DNA of 56,282 bases from Nitrospirota bacterium (GCA_029858565.1 JAOUEV010000015.1:1-56282), one strand, 5' to 3'. Shown: positions 38,145 to 47,084, numbered from the stretch's first letter. Translations and numbers: made by a program. The notes: generated from the sequence alone by a model not told the origin.

Positions 38145-38204
38145 AGACAACCCGCGCCTCACGCGCCGCCTTCTGGCGCGTCGCTGTGGATGCGCTTGTT
38201 AGTT
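38145..38204 (-). mobile_element. Integron attC-like recombination site (60 bp, degenerate)
   Basis: Minus strand AACTAAC-AAGCG-CATCCACA-GCGACGCGCCAGAAGGCGGCG-CGTGAGG-CGCGG-GTTGTCT: AAC/GTT ends, the R'' box overlaps the creD TAA, extra-helical C in the L'' box, GC-rich terminal hairpin. Confidence 0.6.
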
Positions 38205-39545
38205 CTCATTCTCTGGTTGCTCCGTTTCCACCTCATACCAGTTGATCTTTCGCGTCATATACATCACTACGGCAAGGATGATCAAGAGCCCGATACTACC
38301 CATGATGAGCGCGTAATCTTCGAGCTGGAGAACTATAAACAGGTAGGAATACAAAATTGTCAGAATCCCAAAGATCGTATAGGCAAACCTTGAATTAGAT
38401 ACTATGGCCTTCGCGTACCCAGAGATCATGAAGGTAACAGCTACGGCAGACAGGACGTAGGCAAAATTAAAATGCATATACTCGGATAATGACAATACTA
38501 GTGTGTAAAATATCAGGATTGCCATTCCAATGAGAATGTACTGTATTGGATGAACTCTCCGTTTGTTGATTATTTCAGAAAAGAAGAAAGCTGCAAACGT
38601 GAAAACGAGGAACATTATCGAGTATTTTGCTAGTCTTGTCGATTTCTGGTAAATATCTGCCGTTAGGATCAACTGTACGCCGTATGCCGACGGTGTGACC
38701 TTGTATTGAGCGCCTTCCCAGAATTGCGGGTAGTTCCTGTTCAGATGCAGTATCTTCCAGTTTGCGGAGAACCCGTCTTTTTTCACCTCGCGAGTAGTCG
38801 GCAGGAAGGCGCCATTAAAGCTTGGCGAAGGCCAGCTCGAATTGATCCTGACGGTATTGGATTCGCCAACAGGTATAAAGCTTATTTGCTCGCTGCCATT
38901 CAGGTTAAGAGCAAATGTGAATTTATTGGGTTCGTTCTGCGTTAGTGGTCGGATCAGTGTTCCAACACCGGCTTCTGCAAGATCAGTGGTCTTGAGCCCT
39001 GGGCTTGCACTATAGGCCGCACCATTAAAGTTGATGACGATCTTGTCCTGTATCCCACGCATATCGGTAATACCGAGCGACAGATAAGCCTTGTCCCAAA
39101 GGATGTTCGTTTGATCGATGTTCAACTGGCTCTTAGGCGGTAGCTTGAAGTTTCCGCTGAATTGGAGCTTGATATTATAGAGAACCGCCTCAAAGAGGCT
39201 TCTATAACGAACTTCGGGTTTTATCTCGCCGGTGACATCCAATAATTCAGGCATGATGTGCAGGTAATTCAAATTGAATTGCGTTTTCCCTTTGTCGTCC
39301 TTAAAAAATGTCTTAAAGGGAACCGTAATGAACGGGCCGGTTATCGTTTGATTGTTACCCCATTTTTCACTTATTTCATTCACCACGGAATCGCGTCGAG
39401 ACTGTCTTTCGTGTATCAGATTCTGTATCATTCCGGCCGGGATTAGCAGCAGCAAGATCAAAATGCCGATAGAAGCTATCTTCAACGTAATGGATCTCTT
39501 AATATAATTCGATGTTTTCTTGACAGCTTCTTGATTGTTTATCAT
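38199..39545 (-). CDS. creD: Cell envelope integrity inner membrane protein CreD
   Basis: LLLIP..MI..LI.ER, W...QTITGP, SWPSPSFNGAFLP, YQKSTRLAKY, VHPIQYILIG, LEDYALIMGS, MYMTRKINWY; RBS GAGGAG before ATG 39545. Confidence 0.93.
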   Translation of the reverse strand: MINNQEAVKKTSNYIKRSITLKIASIGILILLLLIPAGMIQNLIHERQSRRDSVVNEISEKWGNNQTITGPFITVPFKTFFKDDKGKTQFNLNYLHIMPELLDVTGEIKPEVRYRSLFEAVLYNIKLQFSGNFKLPPKSQLNIDQTNILWDKAYLSLGITDMRGIQDKIVINFNGAAYSASPGLKTTDLAEAGVGTLIRPLTQNEPNKFTFALNLNGSEQISFIPVGESNTVRINSSWPSPSFNGAFLPTTREVKKDGFSANWKILHLNRNYPQFWEGAQYKVTPSAYGVQLILTADIYQKSTRLAKYSIMFLVFTFAAFFFSEIINKRRVHPIQYILIGMAILIFYTLVLSLSEYMHFNFAYVLSAVAVTFMISGYAKAIVSNSRFAYTIFGILTILYSYLFIVLQLEDYALIMGSIGLLIILAVVMYMTRKINWYEVETEQPENEN

Positions 39546-39619
39546 TTGTCTCCTCTCAACCAGCGTTATCAATCCGTAGTCCGTATTGCTAAGTACGAAC
39601 TTCTGTTCTTAGCGATTTT

Positions 39620-39635
39620 AGCAAGAATAGTGCCT
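39620..39635 (-). promoter_or_regulatory. Putative sigma54 promoter of creD
   Basis: Minus strand AGGCAC-TATTC-TTGCT (GG-N10-GC spacing), 75 nt upstream of the start. Confidence 0.55.
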
Positions 39636-39725
39636 ACGATTCTTTTGACCATGCCAATTTTAACAAAATTAGCCTTTGTAACCTACAATCCGTAATACCG
39701 TTCTTGGAATCTCAACTACAGGAAG

Positions 39726-39941
39726 TTATCTTCCGCCGACATTACCTATTTCAGGATGACGCAGCTCCTCGGCTGTCATATCGAATTTCACCGCGCCCTT
39801 TTGTTGTTTGATTTTCTCGATCTTCTTCTGCTTAAGATAGTGCGTGATAGCCCCACGCAGGGCTGATGACTTGGTTTTCCGGCAACTTTCCGCCATCAGA
39901 TCTTGAAGCATCTTCTTCTCAATTATTATAGTTGTTCGCAT
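39726..39941 (-). CDS. VapB-like (RHH) antitoxin, no cognate toxin adjacent
   Basis: MRTTIIIEKKMLQDLM...KTKSSALRGAITHYLKQKKIEKI...G; RBS AGGAG. Confidence 0.7.
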   Translation of the reverse strand: MRTTIIIEKKMLQDLMAESCRKTKSSALRGAITHYLKQKKIEKIKQQKGAVKFDMTAEELRHPEIGNVGGR

Positions 39942-39990
39942 GACACCGTTCTCCTGACAGAAGATACCATAACAATGCGCAAAAATAAAC

Positions 39991-40016
39991 CTCCCCGCAG
40001 CAATCTGAGGGGTATC
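39991..40016. repeat. Degenerate single copy of the CCCCGCAGCAAGCTGCGGGG palindrome family
   Basis: CTCCCCGCAGCAATCTGAGGGGTATC resembles 22404-22426. Confidence 0.5.
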
Positions 40017-40111
40017 TTTAGTTACCTCTCTTTGAACGTTACCTATTAATGCTTTCAAGCTATATATGAAAGCAAACCCGCTAACATACCAGCCAGCAAT
40101 AACTTGTCAGG

Positions 40112-41356
40112 TTACTGCTGTATTCGCCCTTCTTTGGTCCTGAGATCCAGGATAGGAAGGACAGCACCCGTTGACAAATCCGGTTTCCCTTTATTGACGA
40201 TGATATCACCACGGTTTACGCGGATAGTGACCTTTTTCAGTTTCTCACGCGGCAGCTCTATCCTCGCAACTCCTTCAATATCAGGGAACCAGCCTCGCTG
40301 GATAACACGGAATTGGAGCGTCGGAGCAGGCTGCTCCCAGTAGTCCCAGAGAGCGTTCACCCTATTGGACGGCAGGCCGAAACCATGTATGTATCCTGAA
40401 CAACGTATTTCGTCTGTCTTTTCATCGGTCAATACCAGTTCCACATCCACCCGGTCCACACGTATGTCAATGTTCTCCGGCCTGACGCGATAATTGTCCA
40501 GGTACGTTCTATGCGACAGGTCGATGAAATGGGGACTGGCCACGATCCCGGCGATAACGATCCCGGTCCCGAGCAAGGCGGCCCCGGAGATCGCCGCGAT
40601 CCTGTACCTGCGGTCCTTCTCAATGAGCGGATAGAGTGTGGCTACGGAATCTTCCCGCGCAGGTATCCGGAGCACGTAATAGTAGAGCACATGAGCAATG
40701 CCGAGCGCTATCAGGCCGGACCAGAGGTTGTCGGACAGAAAATGGCCTCCGGCGGCAAGGCATCCGAATCCCAGAAGCGTGCCGAGCGTGAGTCCGGTGA
40801 TGAGCGATAGTACGGCGATCTTCGGGTATCGTCTTCTCCAGAGCCACCACCCTGCCCCGTACAGATAGCCCACTGAACAATGACCGCAGGGGAATGATTT
40901 ACCGTGCGCATCAGCCGGCGCCAGCGGCTGCGTGTACTGATGTTTTCCGCCGAATTCGACGATCTGGCGAGGCCGGGCCCGGCCCCAGTGGTCCTTCAAT
41001 ATGCCGTTCACGATCAACCCGGGTCCGAGCGCAACGCACAGGAGGATGAACAGGCCATGGATCCGGAACTTCCGCGCATCTTTCCGAATTAATCCCGCAA
41101 TAAGCGCCGCAGTGCCCGCGATTGCGAGCGAGCCGGTGACCCAGGGCGCTGAGTTGTAAAAAAGGAGCCAGACAGGCTGGCTTGCCACAGGCCAGGGGTT
41201 TTTCTCCCCGGGATGGAAGAACCAGCGGGCGGAGGTTATGTCCAGATCAGTGATCGCAAATGCGAGGATCGTGACGATGATCAGAACGAGTAAAACGATG
41301 GCTTCAGGAAACCAGTAGCGGCGATACGCGGCGATCGGAGCGGCGGATAAGGGCAT
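40112..41356 (-). CDS. PAP2-family membrane phosphatase (lipid A phosphatase-like) with C-terminal extracytoplasmic domain
   Basis: C1 KDHWGRARP, C2 SFPCGH, C3-like GCLAAGGHFLSD. Confidence 0.85.
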   Translation of the reverse strand: MPLSAAPIAAYRRYWFPEAIVLLVLIIVTILAFAITDLDITSARWFFHPGEKNPWPVASQPVWLLFYNSAPWVTGSLAIAGTAALIAGLIRKDARKFRIHGLFILLCVALGPGLIVNGILKDHWGRARPRQIVEFGGKHQYTQPLAPADAHGKSFPCGHCSVGYLYGAGWWLWRRRYPKIAVLSLITGLTLGTLLGFGCLAAGGHFLSDNLWSGLIALGIAHVLYYYVLRIPAREDSVATLYPLIEKDRRYRIAAISGAALLGTGIVIAGIVASPHFIDLSHRTYLDNYRVRPENIDIRVDRVDVELVLTDEKTDEIRCSGYIHGFGLPSNRVNALWDYWEQPAPTLQFRVIQRGWFPDIEGVARIELPREKLKKVTIRVNRGDIIVNKGKPDLSTGAVLPILDLRTKEGRIQQ

Positions 41357-41400
41357 GGCGCGGTTCCTTGTACAGGAGGATGAGTCGACCGTTCGAACGT

Positions 41401-42396
41401 TCAGCAGATCCGCGGCAGCATTTCTCCTGGAAGCATATCCACGATGCGGCTGCCGCCGACAGCGGTTTCGAGCAATACCATGCCGTTCGGACTTGCCTGC
41501 ACCTCTCCGATCAGATGCGCATTTCTTCCAAAAGGATGTGACTTCATTGCTTCAAGCACGTCACCAGCCTTGTCAGCTTCCACAATCGCAATCAAGATGC
41601 CTTCATTTGCCACATACAGAGGATCGAGCCCCAGAAGGTCGCAGGCGCCTTTCACCGGGGGAGGGATCGGGAGGTCCTGCTCGCGGATCTTGATGCACAT
41701 CCCGGACTCCAGAGCCGCCTCCTTCAGGGTCGTGGCCATGCCCCCGCGGGTCGGATCGCGCATGAAATGGATGTCCGGGGCCGTATTCAGCATTGCCTTG
41801 ACCAAGCCGTTCAACGGCCGGGAGTCGGTCTTTACCGGCGGATCAAAGGAAAGGCCGTTCCGCTCAGCAAGGATCGCAATGCCGTGGTTCCCGATCTCGC
41901 CGCTCACGATCACCCTGTCCCCCGCCTTGATCCTCGATGCCGCGATATCCACCCCGTCCCTGAGCGCGCCGACGCCCGAGGTATTGATGAATATCCCGTC
42001 CGCCTTGCCCTTGTTCACCACCTTGGTATCGCCGGCCACGATGCGCACACCGGCCTGGCGGGCGGCTTCAGCCATTGATGCAACGATCGTCTTGAGGTCC
42101 GCGAAAGGAAAGCCCTCTTCTATAATGAATCCCACGGACAGATAGAGCGGCTCGGCTCCTGCAACTGCAAGGTCGTTCACGGTCCCGCATACCGCAAGGT
42201 CCCCGATATTGCCGCCCGGGAAAAAGAGCGGCGTTACCACATAGGAATCGGTGGTATAGGCAAGCCGTCCCGTTGGAACGCTCACAATGGCCGAGTCGCC
42301 GGAGCCCTTGATCCCAAAGGCAGGGCTGAAGTGCTCGCGTATCAACGCGTGCATCAGCTTGCCGCCGCTGCCGTGGCCTAAGAGAATTTTATCCAT
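41401..42396 (-). CDS. hypE: Hydrogenase maturation carbamoyl dehydratase HypE
   Basis: HGSGGK, TTDSYVVTPLFFPGG, GDTKVV, RDPTRGG, C-terminal PRIC. Confidence 0.97.
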   Translation of the reverse strand: MDKILLGHGSGGKLMHALIREHFSPAFGIKGSGDSAIVSVPTGRLAYTTDSYVVTPLFFPGGNIGDLAVCGTVNDLAVAGAEPLYLSVGFIIEEGFPFADLKTIVASMAEAARQAGVRIVAGDTKVVNKGKADGIFINTSGVGALRDGVDIAASRIKAGDRVIVSGEIGNHGIAILAERNGLSFDPPVKTDSRPLNGLVKAMLNTAPDIHFMRDPTRGGMATTLKEAALESGMCIKIREQDLPIPPPVKGACDLLGLDPLYVANEGILIAIVEADKAGDVLEAMKSHPFGRNAHLIGEVQASPNGMVLLETAVGGSRIVDMLPGEMLPRIC

Positions 42397-42413
42397 GAAA
42401 AAGTCTCATACTT

Positions 42414-43469
42414 TTATTGTCCGTACTTGAAGTACGCCGCGCAGCTTCCCTCAGTGCTGACCATGCAGGGCCCCACCGGATTATCCGGAGTGCATCCGGT
42501 CCCAAAAAGAGCGCATTCCGTAGGGATCTTGACACCCCGCAGGATGTCTCCGCAGGAGCAGAGCTCCGGCTCAGGCACGCCGGTGGTCTCAGGATGGAAC
42601 CGCGCGTCCGCGTCCACGGAACTGTATTTCTCTCGCAGCTTCAAGCCCGTACCCGGCAGAACCCCGATCCCCCGCCAGTATGCGTCCTCAGGTTCGAATA
42701 TCTCATTCAGCAAGGCAACAGCTTTGGGATTTCCGTCCTCTTTCACTACCGAGGGGTACCCATTCTCCACCTTGGCTTCTTTTCGCGCGATCTGGCGCAG
42801 GATCATCAGAATGCCGAGAAGGATCTCCGGTGCTTCGAATCCCGTCACCGCGCAGGGTTTCTGATAATCCGAAGCAACGAACTCATAAGGCCGGGTTCCG
42901 ATGATCGTGCTCACATGTCCGGGAAGGATGAATCCGTCGACTCTCACGTCCGCAGAATCGAGCAGCGCCTTGAGAGCGAGCGGAACGGTCTTGTGCGATG
43001 AGAAGACCGAGAAGTTCTTCACCTTTTTCCGAACAGCATCAAATGCCGTGGCCGCGATCAGCGGCGAGGTGGTCTCGAAACCGGTGCCGAAGAATACGAC
43101 TTCCTTCTGCGGATCGCTCTGCGCCAGCTTGAGCGCGTCCATGGGTGAATACATGACGCGCACATCCGCGCCCTCGGACCGCGCTTCAAGCAAGGACTGC
43201 CTGCCTCCCGGCACCCGCATCATGTCCCCGAAGGTTATCAGCGCCGTGTTGGGGCGTTTCGCGATCGATATAGCTGCGTCTACATCAGCGATGGAAGTTA
43301 CGCAAACCGGGCACCCCGGTCCGCTCAGGAGCGAGATGGACGAAGGAAGCAGGCTCCGGATGCCGTGACGGAAGATGGCGACTGTATGCGTCCCGCAGAC
43401 CTCCATGAGCTTGATGGGCCTGTTGATGCTGCCCATGAGTGATTGTATCTCGTCGATCATTTGATTCAT
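42414..43469 (-). CDS. hypD: Hydrogenase maturation protein HypD
   Basis: MEVCGTH, GPGCPVC, GFETT, PGHVS, GPCMVSTEGSCAAY. Confidence 0.97.
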   Translation of the reverse strand: MNQMIDEIQSLMGSINRPIKLMEVCGTHTVAIFRHGIRSLLPSSISLLSGPGCPVCVTSIADVDAAISIAKRPNTALITFGDMMRVPGGRQSLLEARSEGADVRVMYSPMDALKLAQSDPQKEVVFFGTGFETTSPLIAATAFDAVRKKVKNFSVFSSHKTVPLALKALLDSADVRVDGFILPGHVSTIIGTRPYEFVASDYQKPCAVTGFEAPEILLGILMILRQIARKEAKVENGYPSVVKEDGNPKAVALLNEIFEPEDAYWRGIGVLPGTGLKLREKYSSVDADARFHPETTGVPEPELCSCGDILRGVKIPTECALFGTGCTPDNPVGPCMVSTEGSCAAYFKYGQ

Positions 43470-43507
43470 GAATATCTTTCTTTCCTCTCCCCTTGGGGAA
43501 GAGGATG

Positions 43508-45919
43508 TTATTGCCCGTATTTTTTCAATCTTTCCCGCACAAGATATGCCTGTCCGAGTGATATGCATGCATCATTCGGCGGCATCGCCCGGTTCAGGTA
43601 AACATTCATTCCTTCCGCAACCAGCGATTCCTGAGATCTTGCCGCAAGATATCTATTCTGGAATGTCCCGCCGGAAAGAGCAGCATCCTTGATACCTGTC
43701 TTCTGTTGAAGTCTCTTGACCATGGACGTTATCGCGAAAAGGATCGTATTATGAAATCTCGCAGCAATGAGAGAACGATCGATTCCCCCGTTCAGATCAT
43801 TAATGATCATCTTGATCGTTGCTCCGAAGTCCACGATAGTATACGTATTTTCCTCTCTGAAAACAACCGGGTACTGTTCGTCAATCCCCTCTCGCACGAG
43901 CGATTCAAGGGCAATGGCAGCCTCGCCCTCGAAGGTGTTCCTGTCGCAAATACCGATCAACGCTGCTACCGCATCGAACAGCCTGCCTGCGCCGGACGAA
44001 AGCGGGGACACTTCCCTGATCCCGGTTATCTTAAGCACCTGGTCGATCGATTCTTTGCCGTATCGCGCAAAGAACCCGATCTTGTCGAATACAGCGGAAG
44101 AATCCGCTCCAACAGCCGCCGACACAAGGCTTACAGCGGTCCTCCAGGGCTCCCGTATAGCAGCTTCCCCGCCGGGCAGCGGGATATACTTGAAATGGCC
44201 GACCCTCTCAAAATCATCTATTCCCGCGATCAGGAATTCCCCGCCCCAGAGGTTCCCGTCCGTCCCATACCCGGTCCCGTCAAAGGCCACACCGATGACC
44301 GGGCCATTGAGCCCATGCTCAGCCATGACCGAGCCGATGTGCGCGTAATGATGTTGTATGGCGTACGACGTTATTTCATTTCGCACTCCGCACTCCGCTC
44401 TCCGCACTTGTCCCATTGCCCATTGAGTTGACAAATAGCCGGGATGGAGATCATGCACAAGAGCAACCGGTTTGACCCGATAGACCTGCTTAAGGTTATT
44501 CAGCGCCTCCTCATAGAACAGCAGGGTTTCGTAGTTCTCCATATCACCGATATGCTGGCTCGGGATAGCATATGCGCCCTTCGTAAGCGTGAAGGTGTTC
44601 TTCAGGTCCGCTCCGCAGCCCATTACCTCCGGCCCGTCGTCAGACAGACAGATCGGTTCCGGTGCATAGCCCCGGGAACGACGAAGGAACATGATTTCGG
44701 TATTCCGCGTTCCGTGTTCAGTAATTAAAATATTCCGCACTCCGCATTCCGCACTCCGCACTCGCATTACCGTATCGTCCACCCGCATAAAGATATCCCG
44801 GTTATGCAAGAGGAAGGCATCAACAATACCTGACAGCTTTTGAATCGCTTCTTCATTGTCCCGCACGATGGGTTCTTCCGACAGATTGCCGCTGGTCATT
44901 ACCAGCGCCCGGAGCTCCGCCATTTCAGATGTGTTTTGCCGATGGAATAACAGATAATGCATCGGCGTGTAGGGCAGCATGCAACCAATAGAGTTGTTCT
45001 TTGGAGATACCGCTTCGGATAAAGGAGCCGAGGGTCCCTGCTTTTTCCTGAGAAGCACGATCGGCCTTGCATGTGATTCCAGCTGATGCTGTTCCTGATC
45101 GTTCACTTCACAGAAACTCCGAATTTCATCGATTGACGGCGCCATGACCGCGAAAGGCTTGTTGCTCCTACGTTTCCGATCGCGCAACCGTCTTACAGCT
45201 TCGTCATTCGCTGCATCACAGGCGATATGAAATCCGCCAAGCCCTTTTATCGCAACGATGCCGCCGTCGCGTAAATGCTCAACACAAGCCTTGAGCGCGT
45301 CCCCCCTCACCTTAGTCCCCTCCTCCATGGGGAGAGGGCCGGGGTGAGAGGCGAATCGGAACTCAACCTGCGGCCCACACACAAGACATGCATTCGGCTG
45401 TGCGTGAAATCTCCGGTCCAGGGGATCGCGGTATTCCTTTTCGCAGGCCGGACACATGGCAAAGGGCGCCATAGTCGTGTTCGGCCGGTCGTAGGGCACG
45501 CGCAGGGTGATCGAGTACCGAGGGCCGCAGTTCGTGCAATTGATGAACGGATACAGATGCCTGCGGTCCTGGGGGCTCATAAGCTCGCGCAAACAGTCTG
45601 GACAGATCGACACATCAGGAGAAAGGAGAGTAAAGGCCTTTTCGGTATTTATACTGGGAAGGATCTTGAAGAACGCAGAGCCGTCAGCAGGCAGGTATGC
45701 TACATGCACCGTCGAGATACGCGAGAGCGGCGGCGCTTCCTTCGGGAGACGGTCCAGAAACTCAGCTAGTCTCCCCCCTTCCGCCTCTATCAATACACCA
45801 TTCGCCGTATTGGTGACATGTCCCCCGATGCCCAGTGCAGTGGCAAGCGAGTAAACATAGGGCCGGAAACCGACGCCCTGGACAACGCCGGTTATTGTGA
45901 TCTGAGCCCGTTCAGCCAT
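43508..45919 (-). CDS. hypF: Carbamoyltransferase HypF
   Basis: Acylphosphatase GVVQGVGFRP, two CxxC-x18-CxxC zinc fingers, KGLGGFH, SQHIGD, QHHYAH, DGTGYG, PPND. Confidence 0.97.
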   Translation of the reverse strand: MAERAQITITGVVQGVGFRPYVYSLATALGIGGHVTNTANGVLIEAEGGRLAEFLDRLPKEAPPLSRISTVHVAYLPADGSAFFKILPSINTEKAFTLLSPDVSICPDCLRELMSPQDRRHLYPFINCTNCGPRYSITLRVPYDRPNTTMAPFAMCPACEKEYRDPLDRRFHAQPNACLVCGPQVEFRFASHPGPLPMEEGTKVRGDALKACVEHLRDGGIVAIKGLGGFHIACDAANDEAVRRLRDRKRRSNKPFAVMAPSIDEIRSFCEVNDQEQHQLESHARPIVLLRKKQGPSAPLSEAVSPKNNSIGCMLPYTPMHYLLFHRQNTSEMAELRALVMTSGNLSEEPIVRDNEEAIQKLSGIVDAFLLHNRDIFMRVDDTVMRVRSAECGVRNILITEHGTRNTEIMFLRRSRGYAPEPICLSDDGPEVMGCGADLKNTFTLTKGAYAIPSQHIGDMENYETLLFYEEALNNLKQVYRVKPVALVHDLHPGYLSTQWAMGQVRRAECGVRNEITSYAIQHHYAHIGSVMAEHGLNGPVIGVAFDGTGYGTDGNLWGGEFLIAGIDDFERVGHFKYIPLPGGEAAIREPWRTAVSLVSAAVGADSSAVFDKIGFFARYGKESIDQVLKITGIREVSPLSSGAGRLFDAVAALIGICDRNTFEGEAAIALESLVREGIDEQYPVVFREENTYTIVDFGATIKMIINDLNGGIDRSLIAARFHNTILFAITSMVKRLQQKTGIKDAALSGGTFQNRYLAARSQESLVAEGMNVYLNRAMPPNDACISLGQAYLVRERLKKYGQ

Positions 45920-46548
45920 TGAGCCCACGCGTCGATGCCCTGGCCGGTGGCGCAGGACACCTCGAATACCTGGAGCTTCGGATTAAGAGCACGGGAATCG
46001 TTCCTGATCTTGTTCATGTCCACGTTCATCATGTGCGGCAGCAGATCGATCTTGTTCAGGACCAGTGCCGATGATTCCTGGAACATGAGTGGGTATTTAA
46101 GGGGTTTGTCATGCCCCTCTGCAATGGAAAGGACCATCATCTTAATGTCCTCGCCCACCTTGAACTCCGCCGGGCAGACAAGGTTCCCCACGTTCTCGAT
46201 GATGACCATATCCAGGTCCTTCAGGGGCAGATCGTCGAGAACCGAATTGATCATGTTCGCGTCCAGGTGGCAGGCGCCGCCCGTATTGATCTGCACCACG
46301 GGAATATCAAGAGCGCCGATGCGTTCTGCGTCGTCGGATCCCACGATGTCCCCTTCGATGACGCCTATTTTGAGATGCGGTTTCAGCTCCTTGATGGTCT
46401 TTTCCAGGAGCGTGGTCTTCCCCGCTCCCGGAGCGCCCATGAGGTTCGCGACGAATACCCCGGCTTCCTTGAATTTCTTTCTGTTTTCCTCTGCGATCCG
46501 GTCATTCGCTTCGAGGATCCGTGAGACCACTTTGACCTTCATATTCAA
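45892..46548 (-). CDS. hypB: Hydrogenase nickel insertion GTPase HypB
   Basis: GAPGAGKTT, GGACHLDA, ENVGNLVCPA, KPLKYP, NKID. Confidence 0.97.
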   Translation of the reverse strand: MNMKVKVVSRILEANDRIAEENRKKFKEAGVFVANLMGAPGAGKTTLLEKTIKELKPHLKIGVIEGDIVGSDDAERIGALDIPVVQINTGGACHLDANMINSVLDDLPLKDLDMVIIENVGNLVCPAEFKVGEDIKMMVLSIAEGHDKPLKYPLMFQESSALVLNKIDLLPHMMNVDMNKIRNDSRALNPKLQVFEVSCATGQGIDAWAQWLNGLRSQ

Positions 46549-47084
46549 TGCACTTCCATGTCAACGATCTCCATCTCCCTGCCCCGGGTGATCTCGAAGT
46601 CCGCGGAATTGCAATGGGGACAGGAAAAAACATACTGTACATCCGGAACGTCGAATTCCCTGCTGCAGGCCTTGCAGGTCCCGCCGATCGGTACGATCTC
46701 GATGGTCATCTTGGCGTTCTTTGCTTTGGTAGGTTCCTTGAGCGCATCAAAGGCGAACTGGAGCGACTCCGGCATGACGCCGGTAGCTTTTCCCAGCCTT
46801 ACCGTCAGGCCGTCCACCTCGGAGCAGCCTTTTTCCACGCACTGTTCCTCAATGATCTCAAGGATACTGTGGGCGATCGATGATTCGTGCATGATCTCAC
46901 CTGTCTGAAATGCCTCGGCCTTGATGGTCTGGATGGCGAAACCGGCATGGACGAGCACAAAATCGCCGATCTTCGGCGTCTCGGGAAGAAGCATGATGCT
47001 GACTTCCTTCCGGGCCCCGTACACATCGATCATGGCCAGGTCATTGTCAATGGATATCACTTTTGAGGGGACCGCAAGGCACAT
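46545..47084 (-). CDS. hypC-hypA: HypC-HypA fusion protein
   Basis: MCLAVP...GDFVLVHAGFAI (HypC, 64 aa) in frame with MHESSIA...CKAC...CPHC...GREM (HypA); no stop between them. Confidence 0.9.
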   Translation of the reverse strand: MCLAVPSKVISIDNDLAMIDVYGARKEVSIMLLPETPKIGDFVLVHAGFAIQTIKAEAFQTGEIMHESSIAHSILEIIEEQCVEKGCSEVDGLTVRLGKATGVMPESLQFAFDALKEPTKAKNAKMTIEIVPIGGTCKACSREFDVPDVQYVFSCPHCNSADFEITRGREMEIVDMEVH

